This document shows positions 1 through 12,790 of a stretch of 64,000 bases of DNA, piece after piece (positions within the stretch are counted from its first letter, which is position 1; every line of letters begins with the position of its first letter). A program made the position numbers and the translations under genes. The notes beneath the pieces were generated by a model. It worked only from the letters and a program-made list of their open reading frames with translations, did not search any database and was not told the origin of the DNA. Origin of the DNA: Lingula anatina (Eukaryota > Animalia > Brachiopoda). The stretch spans positions 38,074,401-38,138,400 of the forward strand of contig CM120641.1 in assembly GCA_051362555.1 (NCBI GenBank), written 5' to 3'.

Positions 1-632
1 GATGCATCTTGGACTGGAATAACTAAAAGCAGAAAAAGTCGGGCAGATGTCATTAAACAATCAGATAACATTGCAACCCCCTCCCTTTTACGTCTTTGAC
101 ATTTAAGTCCACAGAGGTAATACAATTATCTGGTGATATCAGTGAAACAGCATCTGGTTTAAGCTATTCTAAGCATGAAAGTTGTTCTGTACTGTGAAGA
201 CAAAAACTCTAAACGTCATTAGAAACAGGAGCAGATATACTACAGTACAAAAAGAGAGAATGCCCTGCATTTCTTGGAAAATCCAGCAATTTATTGAATT
301 CATACATAAAAAAAGGAGCAAGGGCTTTATAAGCAGGACAATACCTATCCATGTACTAGGTTGCATTCACAATGAAGCTATCATACTTGATATGGATACT
401 CTTGCTGAATGCAATCACATTAACAGATCAACACCCCTTCTCTTGTTTCCAATGCACTTGTTGATCACCAGCTTTTCTGTATTCTACTCATTGCCAGGAC
501 AAAGCATGTTAATATCTTAATCTGATTGCATTCAGCAAGAGTCCCCACAAAGTTAGTTTGAACTATCAAGTATGATAGTTTCAATGTGAACACACCCTTA
601 AACCGCTTGCAGAGAAATGGGCAACCATGTAC

Positions 633-2670
633 CTTGAATTTTTTGATCGCCCCTTTTCCAAATGCTTGATGATCTCTTACACACAGATCCAGGTCTTCAT
701 TGTTCTGAAATTGAAGTAATATTTATTTGTCAATACAAAAAAAAAAAAAAAATGGTCTCAATGAGCAGCCTTGACCCTATATATATTACACACACTTCTT
801 TTGATTACTATATTTTATAGAACTAAATTCTTATTATTATTTTCTTGACTATAAAACCACCACCACCGCCACTGCCACCACCACCACTACCACTATTACT
901 ACAACTACTACTACTACTACAACTAGTACTACTACTAATAATAATAATAATATCAATTTTTGTGTATATCTATCTAAAATTCCTTTAAGACTTACTCATC
1001 AGTTACTACCACTATGGGTTATGAGTTATTGCTTTGAGACAAATCACGTGAAACATAAAATGGTACCTTTTGGTTAAAGGAGATAGCCCTGTCAATGTTG
1101 ACCCCTAGGTCTGGCTCCACTTCCCACAGCAGCCTGACTGGTTCCTTAGAGGCTGCCTCTGGCCAGAGATGGTGCGGCCACACCCTACAGTGACCATCAT
1201 CATCATAGAATTGATCTCTATTCAGACCTCTGAAAGATTATTGGTAAAATCAAACAAAATTATTCAAATTCTTCTCACTTTGAAATATATTTTGTTGAAA
1301 AAGCCAATCAACTTGTTTAAATGATCTTAGTCTAATTTGTTTCAACCAGTTTAAATTTAAATGAGGATAATATGTACTAATTAACGCGCAGGTGGTATTA
1401 CCTCTGTCCTAGTAGTTCAATATGATCTTATATATCTAAGTTACATACGCATATATAAAAATGGATTAAACATTGAAAGTAGTTTGAATACCTAACTCTT
1501 GAAAAGATCTACTTACTCACTGGTAGTCAGGTATTCTGTGAAATGACCCATCACTGGAGCATCGCCCCAGGAGTGTTCACAGTTTAACCCCAACTTAGCA
1601 TTACTGAAGATCACCATGGTGATGCTTTTGTCAAACCAGAGTGTCTTCCCATCACCATGGAGGAGAAATTTGGACCTTGATGTGAAGTCAGTTGGCTCAA
1701 AGGATCGATGTTCAAGAACAACCTAAGAAAGAGTTTAATTTTAATTAATTTAATTATTTAAAATATATATAATTGTTGAAAATCTGACAATATTTTCCAC
1801 ACATCAATCGCACATGTATAAAATCTCAACTGAAACTTATAAATCATGATGCTGAGATTATAACAACCATAATAAAAACAACAAAAAATTATTTCAGTAA
1901 TTCAATGCTGACCCTTGACCTTACCAAAAACATTGCTCTGTCTACAGCCTCAATGGACTCCTTGTTGATTCCAGAGGAGAAATGTTGCTGACGCAGTTTG
2001 GCCCAATCTGTTCTCTCCAAACCAGTCAATGCAGCTACGTTCTTCTCTACATCAGGAAGGGCACCTGAACATCAAAAAATTTAGTATCAATACCATGACA
2101 TAATCAGGAAATTTTTTATTCATTTATTTGTACAGTACATGTACGCCTTACTTATGAAACTCAATACTTAACCCTTTTCTTATATGATCAATGACATGCA
2201 CATTGTTCTATGTAACAGTTTATCTTTTCCAAGTAAAAATAAATGTATGTTGACATGTGTATCCGTTAGAAACTTCCCTCACCTTCATGTTTGTCAGCAT
2301 CATCCATTATCCATTGCATTTTCTTCTCCAGAGTCTGGACATTCAGCATACGTCTATTTGCATCATACATATCCACTTGGTAGAAAAGACCCCTCCTCAT
2401 GACTACTATGTGCTGTAAGATAAAGGAGGAACCAATACTGATAAATTATTCAAATGGGAGTTTTTGCCACTTCTAACATGTCTTTATTTTGCTCAATTTT
2501 ATTGCTTTTTTAAAATTGCTTTTGCAAATAAAAACTTGATTTCATACAATATAAAAAGAAATTTACTAGTAAAATGTAATCTAGTTCTTTAACACTCACC
2601 TTGGAGGACTTGTGAGTAATCAGTTCATCACAATCTTCACCAGGGACCCTGTGGAGACAAATAAATATTA

Positions 2671-2702
<32 letters not shown>

Positions 2703-5700
2703 GGGGGGGGGGGAGGGAGGGGAGGAGGGGGATCTTTTTGACCAATCTAAAGTTTTAAGACAGGACCATAAAATGAGGCAAAATAAGGTTTTATTATGCA
2801 TTCAGCCATCTAACTGTAAGCTTTCATACTATGCCTAATCAATTTAATTAGCAGTACTATACTTGAAGATAAACTGCTTTAGGGCTCCATGCCACATGAA
2901 CATGTAAACTCGTGTGGTTCTTCAACAAAACAATGAATAGACCAACGTACCTGACAGTAGAGCAGGCTTTCCCATACTGCGCCATGCAGAGTGGAATTGT
3001 ACCACGAATGACAAGTGGCTCCACCTGTTCACGGTCAATTTTCTGCTTCAAGTCTGCAAAGTGAAATGCAGCCACTGCAGCCCTGTTCAAGACAAAAATA
3101 ATGATTACAACTGATACAATAAACTAATATTTACAATAAATAAATATTAACAGAGGAAAGGACCCTAGCACTACTTGTAACAAGAAAAGTGAAAAAATAA
3201 CAATTTTTATCACCATTTTATCCAAAGCAACTATAGAAATTATCGATGATGAATTTGATCTATCATGGAAATCCCATCATCTTACCACAATTTTTTCAAC
3301 ACAAAAGTCACAATTAATGCAATATTTACTTACCTTGCTGACTGTTTGTCTGTAGGGCACCAGTAGCTTTGGTCCAATATGTAGTAATTGCTGTTGATAG
3401 ACAAGGAGCTTCTGCCACTGAGGTACACATACTTATTCCTGTAGTGTAAAATGAAATACAATATGTTTTCACCACAGCTTCATTTGTCCTATCACCACTG
3501 AATGGAAAAGACCACTACAATCCATTCATCAATTCAGCCAGAAAACAAGCAAGCAGTGACCAAATATGAAGAAATTTGAAGAAATATGAAGAAAAAAGAA
3601 GCACACAAAATATTCTTCAAAACAATATTTTCTATTGAATTCTGCAATTCCCCTTTCCAGACACAAAATCACACACCTAACAAAGTCAGTATTTGCATCA
3701 CTTGTTATTTACTCCTTTGTAGAGTTGCATGCACTTAACATTCTATGTGAGATTTAATGCATATGGTGATTACTCAATCTTTTCAATGGGGAAAAATTGT
3801 GAATTTTACAGACACTGTATTTCTTTAATCATAATTTCTTATAATTAAAACCTTCATATTGAGTGGTAACAACAAAATTCAAAAGCAGGCTACTCTGGAG
3901 TTGTACTGTATGCAGTACAAGTACTACAAATGCTACATAAAAATAAAATTTTTGTGATTATAAAATCATGAACCTGCAAGTTTGATCATTTTTGCCCAAT
4001 GAAAAGATCGAGTAATAACTGTACATAATTTTGCCAAATATGAGTGTCAAACTTCTTCACTTATACTGTTAAGCATAATCCTAATATATACTAATTTAAA
4101 ACATCACTTACAGAAATACCAAAGAGCATCACTTCTTCTCTTTAAGCACATCTGGGTATATTTAGTAAGCATGAATGAAATCTGATTTGATCATTAAACT
4201 TAGGTTGACCAAGGAGTTATAACTCCTTGGGTTGACATAAGTCACTTTTGATACAAAAGAAAGTTGAGCTTTCTCTGTGAGATTAATGTCTGTATTGGAG
4301 GATGTCTTTAATAACATATTATTTGGAAACCTGGTTTTATTCATAATGAAACTGTAAATACCAGTATTCCCTCTATTTTAAGCTTCTTTCACACGTACAG
4401 CATTAAATGTGCTTGCTTGTAACCCAAAAGCAGAAACAGTATGACTTTGGGACCATTCCCACAGATTTTTGGATCGATCTATCTCCCTGGAGAGTCTCAC
4501 TATAATTTCTGTCAACGTAATAATTAAATAATTTAATCCGGCTTAAATGTCTGGGGGTAATTATCTTTACCCTCTAGCTGATTCTGTAGGCCTGACAGAC
4601 ATTTTAGCAGGTTAGTTGAGAGCTATTTAGTGAGACTCCCCAGGGAGTTAGACCGATCCAGATGGATCAATCTAGGCATGGGAACCCAGTCTTAGAGACT
4701 ACATAGTCAGCACCCTGCTATGTGAATGCTTACCACCAGTCAGTGACCCAGTTGTCTGCCCACCAGGATTTAAGAATCAGAGTGTGCTGAAGTTTCTTAC
4801 CGATGCCTTTCTCAAACTCCTGCAACAAATAGGATGCATGAAGCCTTATCATCATTGTTAATGTTTGCATGCAAAAGCCAAGTTAGATACATGTGCATGC
4901 ACAAGCATGTCCACACACTTAGTTTATGTCCAGTTACTTTGATTGCAATTTGAAGATAAAATGTGCTTCTGATCACTTACCTGTCATATACATGTTGCAT
5001 ATACCTGGGAGATGAGCAGTTAAGATAATTACTGACCGCAATTAATCAAAGATGACTAGAGGCCAGGCCTTTGTTTTGGCAACATGCCACTTACCTGAAA
5101 TTATCCTACACAGGTATGTCCTGGTTCAGAGATTAACAGTAAAGATTATTTAGGTCAAATTATATTCATAGATGGAGGTGATATAGAAGTAACTTTTCTC
5201 CGAGCAAAGGACAAGTCAAAAACACTATTTGCCTTTCCTTCTCAAGAAGACAGCGTGGATTTCCAATGACCAAATTATCAAACTTTTACCATTCCCTGTG
5301 ATGGACCAACGCCAGAGATACAAATTCTCTGTTGATCTTAATGTGTCAGAATAAAAACAAACTGTTTAAACTTTAGCATGAAAAAAAAAAGACTTTTAAA
5401 ATGTAGATATTCTGAATGAGCATTCAACACAGCATTTTAAACAATGACTTTATCAGAACGCAAGGAATCTCTTATTCCTGAAAGTGTACACTGTAGTTGA
5501 TTTTTGTAATTTGAAATAGCTCACAAAAATATTTGAGTTGACGTCAAAAATAACTTTCTATTATGTATATATTTAGTAAATAGTTAACTTTAACCATGAA
5601 TCAATGATTAATTGGACTTTTTTAATGGCTTCTGTGTAAGTTTTGCACTGTGGACAAATTTTCCGTCCGTAATTTTCCGTCCGTAATCTGACATGATTTT

Positions 5701-8700
5701 TTAAACTTCAAAATTTCATAACAAAAAAATTTTTTTTTCAATAACCTTTTACATTTCTAGTAACTAAAATAATGAAATTGTCATGTCTATGCAGTTTTAT
5801 CTTTAAAAAGCCACAAACAGAGAAGAGTTTTGAAGTTGAAGTTGATTAATAAAAACGCTTGTCCATTTTTTTCCGTCCGTAATGGTGATCAATAACCAAT
5901 ATTTCTCAAAAACTAATAAATGTTATTTCAAGTTTTTTGGTCACAAGTTTAGGCTTGCACTAATCAATATTCCTGCCAAATTTGAACAATGTATGTATTA
6001 TAGTTTTTGTAGAATTTATTTTTAAAGTGTCAAAATTCCGTCCGTAATGTAAAATGAATACCACGGAATGCCCCAGAAACAAATGAGAGAGGAAGCTTCA
6101 TATAATACATATTAATAAAAATCACTCCATCAGCACAAATTCAAACCTAAGCACTCTCCGGTGGCTAGACTATTTTGGCAGATTGCAAGCAGTGGAATAA
6201 GATCTCCATGCAATATGTCAGAAAAGACATAACCATTACATAACCAACCATTACATTACACCAGAAAAGACGTAACCATTACATTACATAGCTGTTTGGT
6301 TCCACTTAGTGATTAATATCACTAAAATCAGTAACTAATACACCTTTAAGGTGTGATCAAAACCTGGGTCACTTTAACCAATTTTTAAAATCACCAAGTT
6401 ATAAAAAAGGTCAATTCTACTGAAATTCAATTTTTCTTGCACTTTAGTATATTTAATCCAACCAGCTTAAACTTACCTTTGCTGGAAATTATCCAAAAGT
6501 CCAACCAATGCCAGGAAAATTCCCTGTTTTACTTTATAATGCAATTTCAGTTGCATTCCTTCATTTTGACTACACACATTTTAAAATTTACCTTTGACTG
6601 CTCCTTCAGCTTCTGGATCTCCTCAGAATGTTCCCCGTACAATGGTTTCAGCGATGCAATCAGATCCTTGAGGGACTTCTTCAGTGGAGGCACTGGCATT
6701 CTGGGTAAACTCCTCTGGCAGCTGTATAGAGATGGGTGCCTGCCACTGACCAGGCGCACAATCACAGCCCAGAATATAGTGGAGTAGGACTGGGTTCTTG
6801 GAGGTTGGTCTATAAAGCAAGATGAGGTTTAAAAGTGCTTTTTAAAATAATCAAACTTCAAGTTGGAACAACTTTTCATGAGTCCTATTTACAGATTATT
6901 TAGAAAAATTATCAAAGAGCAAAACTGATTGCTGAATGATGTCTACAATATTTAACAAACCTCACTAACTTAGGTAATAACTATAGAGTATTATAGGGAA
7001 TATGTATTTCAGGTATATAGATTTTTCTTAATGAACAAGCTGTTAAACCACATACACATCCATCCTCTGTATGCCAACAGTGCTCTTAGAGTGTATCTCC
7101 GCACATGTAGGAGGACAAAGAAGAATCCAGTCCCAGCAATACCAGATATCAAAAACACTCGCAGGTAGTAAGGAACATCTGGAAAAACAAAATTAATCCA
7201 CCTCATCATAACAGTTTTTCTAATAAATACTTCTGAAATTGTTTCATAAGAAATATTAATTAACATGTCCAGGATTTTTATAATCGATGTTAATTTTTAT
7301 TTTGTTTAAATACAAAATTATCAATTTTATTTCATTTCAATACTTTTTCATGTTCGGAATAAAGGACATTTTACAGGGTACAAAGTCTTGATAACTTTAA
7401 AGGAGACGAGTCACCTTAAACCACAACACAGACAGACAAAGTGGACTTTGATACACTCTTTTCTAAAATCATTGCAGGCCTTTCAGACCAAATTATTAAA
7501 AACACAATGACAACAACAACATCCCCTTCACCAAACAAGAAAACTGTACAAGATTTCTAACCCACGGTGTTTGTAAATATGATATTTTACCATGTTAGAA
7601 TGTGTAAAATAAAATCAGTTCAAACATGAATATGAGTATCCAACTTAAAGGGTGAAACTTGCGACCCACAATGTCATTGTCAACAACCATTTATCGTTAT
7701 GGTTCAAAAAGGTCTCGTGTATCCTAACAGTGCAGAAGCCCTTTAAATATTCTAATCAATATCTATGTAACTACTTGTGATAACCTTAAATTTAGTATCA
7801 AGCATGATAATTCATTATACACTACCTCAATTCACCATTTATAAATAACATAGTACAATCACCTGTACTTGAACTGTGGACTCTGTTACCCAAATATTGA
7901 TCAACTTCTAAAACCTAACCCATATCACATGCATTTTTATTAAAATGATGTGATCCCTTTCAAACCCCTTCAATACAATGACATTTCCAGGGATGAGGCT
8001 TTTTGGCAATTGGCCGATAGTCGAAAAAAAATTCACAATGTTGTAAGCACCAACACCACAGCAAAAGTAAAAAAAAAATCTGCCAATAGTCGGAAAAATC
8101 TAATCCTTGCATTTCTCTTCACATTTATCCAACTATTATAAATGCAAAATTCCATATAATGTAAGCTTTGAAACAATTCCACACTGGAACATATGGTACT
8201 GGGTAGTAAATAGGATAATTCATTGTAGCAAAAATGATATAAAATTGACAATACACTAATTAAGACAGATAAGTAACAGTGGCACTTAATATAGACTATA
8301 TGACATCAAATGTGATGGTATCAGAAAAATCCTATAGAGAAATGGAAGATGGACATCAAGGAAGTATAATTAAATACAAAATCTCTGCCTGTTCAACTAT
8401 TCCTCTCCTATTATAATGACAAGATGAAATGCAATCTGAACAGTAATCCAAGAACAGGAAACCGTCCTACATATATTAAAATAACATCTCATCATAGGAA
8501 ATCCCATGTACTGTATACTGCAAAACATCTGTAAATTAACAAGGAAGTTAAGTATATCTTCCTTTCTTTGAAAGATGGCTAATTTCAAAATGTACAATTG
8601 ATCTGAGCTGGATTTTGTGTCAATTGATAGTCCAATATGATAAGATAGAAGATATGTATACCAGATATCATCCCATATATACATGTATGTACCTTATTAC

Positions 8701-9579
8701 AACTGATAACCACAGATATGGCAAATATTGGTCAACTCTAATTAATTATTACATGAATGACATAGATGTTATATACACTAATTAATCATTACACGAATGA
8801 CATAGATATGTTATATCACAATATTCCAAAAAGACAATTATAAATTTTCCATAAAGGCGATTCTTTTAATAATCACAACTTATCCCACCACCATCCCAAT
8901 GCTTACCTTCATGAAGACCTAGCAAACCCCCAAATCTCCACAACAAGCTTGTGACTGGCTTCAGGAATTCAGGGTCATAAATAAGACCTGTTGAAAGAAC
9001 AGCTACGGATCCACCAAGGTTCCACAATGAGGTTGGCCACAGGCCATTCTTTATTTGGTTTCTAAAGGGAAAGAAAGATACATGTAATTGCACTTTAAAA
9101 TAAATATACACTGCCCATGTACAAGTACTAGTATACATGTACTCTGTGGGTATAGAAACCTTTCCTTATGTTTTTCCCATATATATACTGTATGTAATCA
9201 ATGATGCTTATTAATTTATTTCAAGCAGGCTCTCTTGTCAATTTGAACAAGTTCTAAAAATCACATATTTACCGGTAACTACCTTTAATTATTATACCAG
9301 ACTAGATCTATACAACCACAGTTTAAAAAGTATTAAAAGTATTTTGTAACAAATTGTGATCTACATGTGACTTCCTTCATAGACTTGCATGTATATCAGT
9401 ATGATCAATTGTACATGTATCAATAATTATATGGATTTGTCAGTCTATAGTTACCTAATTCGATAAAAACTTCGAACAGTTGATCTGCGAAATGCAACCA
9501 AAAAATCCCTTGTCGTGTCTCTCCCCTCTTCTATGTCATGAACCCTTGGTTTTAAAACTGCGCTTCTCGCTTCAGCCAT
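633..9579 (-). CDS. CPT1: Carnitine O-palmitoyltransferase 1-like; first 13 coding exons, 3' part lies beyond the window start
   Basis: Phase-consistent GT-AG exons: 9455-9579, 8907-9061, 7056-7178, 6592-6809, 4734-4819, 3334-3438, 2951-3082, 2600-2648, 2283-2412, 1925-2064, 1517-1722, 1067-1229, 633-704. Peptides: MAEARSAV N-terminus, two hydrophobic segments, YSCQRSLPRMPVP, SWWADNWVTDWW, YLSGRSSLSINSNYY, IPLCMAQY, LLHGDGKTLWFDKS, catalytic NCEHSWGDAP, AFGKGAIKK. Confidence 0.93.
857..951. repeat. Compound trinucleotide microsatellite (CAC)n-(TAC)n-(TAA)n
   Basis: Directly visible in a CPT1 intron. Confidence 0.9.
3780..3888. repeat. Dispersed repeat fragment, related copy at ~53812-53911
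   Basis: Both loci share ttttcaatg.gaaaaattgtgaattttacaga.actgt ... caaaattcaaa. Confidence 0.6.
4449..4691. mobile_element. PIF/Harbinger-like MITE (~240 bp), inverted copy of the 51758-51971 element
   Basis: Imperfect terminal inverted repeats gggaccattccca / tgggaacccagtc, internal inverted blocks (gatcgatc, agtctcacta/tagtgagact), ttt/tta flanks. Shares gacatttaagccggatta and ctaactccctgggg with the second copy. Confidence 0.8.
5650..6073. mobile_element. Non-autonomous DNA-transposon fragment with repeated ttccgtccgtaa motif
   Basis: ttccgtccgtaa occurs 4 times (~5661, 5675, 5871, 6036). Right end reads aataccacggaatgccc. Left boundary and family are uncertain. Confidence 0.5.
7988..8109. 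mobile_element. Possible short hAT-like MITE
   Basis: Degenerate terminal inverted repeats cagggatgaggcttt / aaaatctaatccttg, internal repeated gcc.atagtcg.aaaaa, catttc on both flanks. Confidence 0.4.
8738..8820. repeat. ~40-bp tandem duplication
   Basis: ctaattaat.attaca.gaatgacatagat..gttatat occurs twice. Confidence 0.8.
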
Positions 9580-10513
9580 TCCTCGCCTACAGGTGGTGAA
9601 ATAAACTGCTGTTTACTAAACAGGCCGCTCGATCATCCTTCCCGCTAAGTGAGCTTGATACAAATCATGCAAGGAAATCCCTGTTGTTGATGTATGTCAT
9701 TTGACTTCGAAATCTCAGAAATAATAATTCAAGTTCACAATGCAAATTTAGCTTTAAATCCAATTTATGAAATTGCTCTTTGAATGAATTATTGTAGTGG
9801 AAACTAATGCTTAAAAGACAAGCAACTCAGCGGTCCAAAGTCCATCTCAAAGAGAACAGAATATCAATCACTTATATAAATAATCAGTCTCAACTATCAA
9901 AATGAGGAAATGTTTAGCGCTGTCGACTGCTGCCCTCTACCGATAAAAGTGGCATACTACATGGATAATGAACTACATTTAAATCTGAGATGGAAATTGA
10001 TTTAGTTACAAATCTATGAAATACTCTGTATTCAAGCCCCTTTTAGACCGTCCACAGTGGGGGTCGGTATCTACTTAAACAATTTTGGTATGTTAAAACA
10101 GTTTTTGATCTCAAAACTTAAATAAAATATAACCATGGCAATATTCGGCTCAGACCTGTCCCAGAGAAATTTAGAGGCAATCTGAATGATTTTCCAATAA
10201 TAAAGTTAGCATTTATCTTGAAAATTAAAGCAAAACATTTAAAATTGACAGAATGATCCATCTTATGTAGTTGTTAGCTTCATCGAACAAGCAATCAAAG
10301 AGTCTGATGAATTTACCTTTTTTAAAGTCAAAAACTTTTAAGATGTAAAAGCAAAAAGAGTCTATCTTTACTTTTTTTTCACACTTTGGAGTTGGGTGAT
10401 GGTCTGTTTTTATTTAAATAACTTAAAGTATAGTTACTCTGAAGATTTTATTTAGTATGTCATGAATAAGCTGAACAAAATACCAATGATCGACACAAGG
10501 AGTGTGGAAACAG

Positions 10514-10519
10514 TTTATT
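10514..10519 (-). promoter_or_regulatory. Candidate DIP2 polyadenylation signal (AATAAA), implying a ~2.2-kb 3'UTR
   Basis: tttatt on the + strand downstream of the DIP2 stop. The intervening DNA is UTR-like with no exons recognised. Confidence 0.4.
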
Positions 10520-12595
10520 TGGTTACACCAAACCATGATTATGTACAGATAAACAACTTCTTCTGGTAGCACTTTATATCTATATATGTATATATGTACT
10601 AGACCTTTCTCTTTCTAAACCAATGTCAGTTGCCACAATAATATTCTTTTCCCTCTCTTCATGCTGGCAGATTCATTTATCCATCAGCAATTCTGAGAAA
10701 AAACACTGCATCAATAGTACATTATGTTTAAATTCCAACTATTAATTGGATAATAGAAACCCATTACATATTTGCTGTTAACTTCTTGTGACTCTAGTCT
10801 CTCTTTTTAGTCATTCTACAAAAATTACCTTATTCTCAGGTTTCAACTGAAGAAAATAATGAAGGCAGAGCCTCAATTTAAACATTGTATGCATGGTATA
10901 TCCATGGCACATTGTCTTGTCAATTTTAAACAAGCTACTTTTTCTGTATTAGATGCATTTGGCAATATATATTTTTACAAACAAATTTGCATTTGTATTT
11001 TTCATATGTAAATAAGTAGTTTTTACGTTCAGTTCTAAGAGTTTCCTTTAAAAATGTCTGCGTTTTGAGAGAAAAGAGTTCCTTTCTATGAACAAAATCT
11101 GCTTTGTATAAAACATCAGTGTAGCAGAATAACAATAGGAGCTAATTACAATGCTGTATTCTTTATATGTACATGATCAATTAAAAGAAACATTTTTCTA
11201 TAGTTTACACTTTCATTGCACTGTGCAATATCTTTTACACACAAGCACATACATCTATAATCCTTTCTTAAATATCTTATATCACATAACAAGTTGAAAC
11301 TTTGACATGGAGATAATTTATATATGTATATAATGTGTATATCCAGCCACTAAATGATGCCAATGACATCAACACTGACTGGACAAAATGGCACACGTCC
11401 AGAGCTTGTAAGTGGAAATCAAATATAGGTTAGACTGATATAGCTTCAGTCTGAAAAAAAAAATTTAGCTAACTTGTTTTCAATCTGAGAAAAGCTGGTA
11501 CTAATTCAGCTTAAAAAAACTGTCAAGCCAATTTATATCAGTCCACCTTGTGGGTTTACTGGCAAAAGCTCAAAATGGCATTAAAAGACTTAACAACTTA
11601 ACACTTGACTAAAGCCTGCTTCAAAGCAGGTAATGGTTTCCTTATTTGAGAGTAGGTGCTTGATAACCCTGAAGCTTTACAGAGACAATAGGCCTGGAGA
11701 TTGAGCAGCAAGCCAAACACTCATACTTAAATATAATGTACACTAATCGGAGATAGTGGCATTTAACATGGTTTGTATGTAATAGAATCTGGCAGTTTTA
11801 TAATCAGCTGTATAACAGCTGTAATGTTACATGTCCGTAACTGGAAGGTAAATAACATCCATTGTAAATGTTGCAGAATATACTATGTATTTCAGCTGCA
11901 TTGATATTGGCAGAATATAGTATATTTATAAGCTGCATTGCCATTATACTGTGGTGTCCCAAAACTGTGACTTTTAACTTGGTGTGACAGTCCACTTTAA
12001 TTGTTTTACTGTTTGGTGTATTACAGTAACACAACCTTTCTGTAAATGACTAATGAATCTTGGAAAAGATCCTCATATTCATTTCACAATGACATACACG
12101 TTTTGCATTCCTTTGTATTCATCTTAAATTGTACAAGTGAATCAGTTGGAAATCTCTTATGTTATGTGAGATACAGTATTCGGACGTCTTACAGCCCACT
12201 TATAGCATAATGTGTCAGCATGATGTCTGAGCATCCAATATACTATATAGGATAATATACAGAATGATCTTGTTCTGTATGGAGTCCACAAGCAAATTCA
12301 ATCCATAAAGATAACATGCTGCCCAGTATAGAGTCATGGTTCCACTTAAGGCTTTGAATTTCCCATATGGTAACAGTCTATGGTATCCTTATGCTTTATC
12401 TGGAATTCTCATACTGTATACCATATAAATATATATGGTGTCTGTGCAGTGCCTGAATCTCCCACTTGGTTAAAAGGTCTACAGTTTCCTCAGTCTGTAT
12501 GTGGAATTCTCAATTGGTATTTCAATTTATAAATTGTTTTATCCTCGTGTATATGTTTGCTTTTACCTAACAGAAAGCACTCGCAAAGTAAATGC

Positions 12596-12790
12596 TATAC
12601 CAAGTCCTCACATACTATATGGTATACAATATCATCATTGTGTGCATGTGGAATATCCCAAGTCCTCACAAACTGTATAATATACCAAGTCCTCACATGG
12701 TATATGGTATACCAAGTCCTCACATAGTATACGGTATACCAAGTCCTCACATGGTATTTTAGTATACAAAGTCTTCACATATTATATGCC
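12596..12790. repeat. 27-bp minisatellite overlapping the DIP2 stop codon
   Basis: agtcctcaca core at 12603, 12661, 12688, 12715, 12742 and variant agtcttcaca at 12770. Confidence 0.9.

Noticed and set aside
1-632. Next CPT1 exon (SPDAFIQ-type motif) and ORFs 169-366 and 182-520
   Set aside because: No matching open exon was found. Treated as intron, and the ORFs have no recognisable motifs.
12596-12790. CRISPR-like look of conserved repeats with variable gaps
   Set aside because: The period is only 27 bp, the gaps are mutually similar, the context is a eukaryotic 3'UTR and there are no cas genes.
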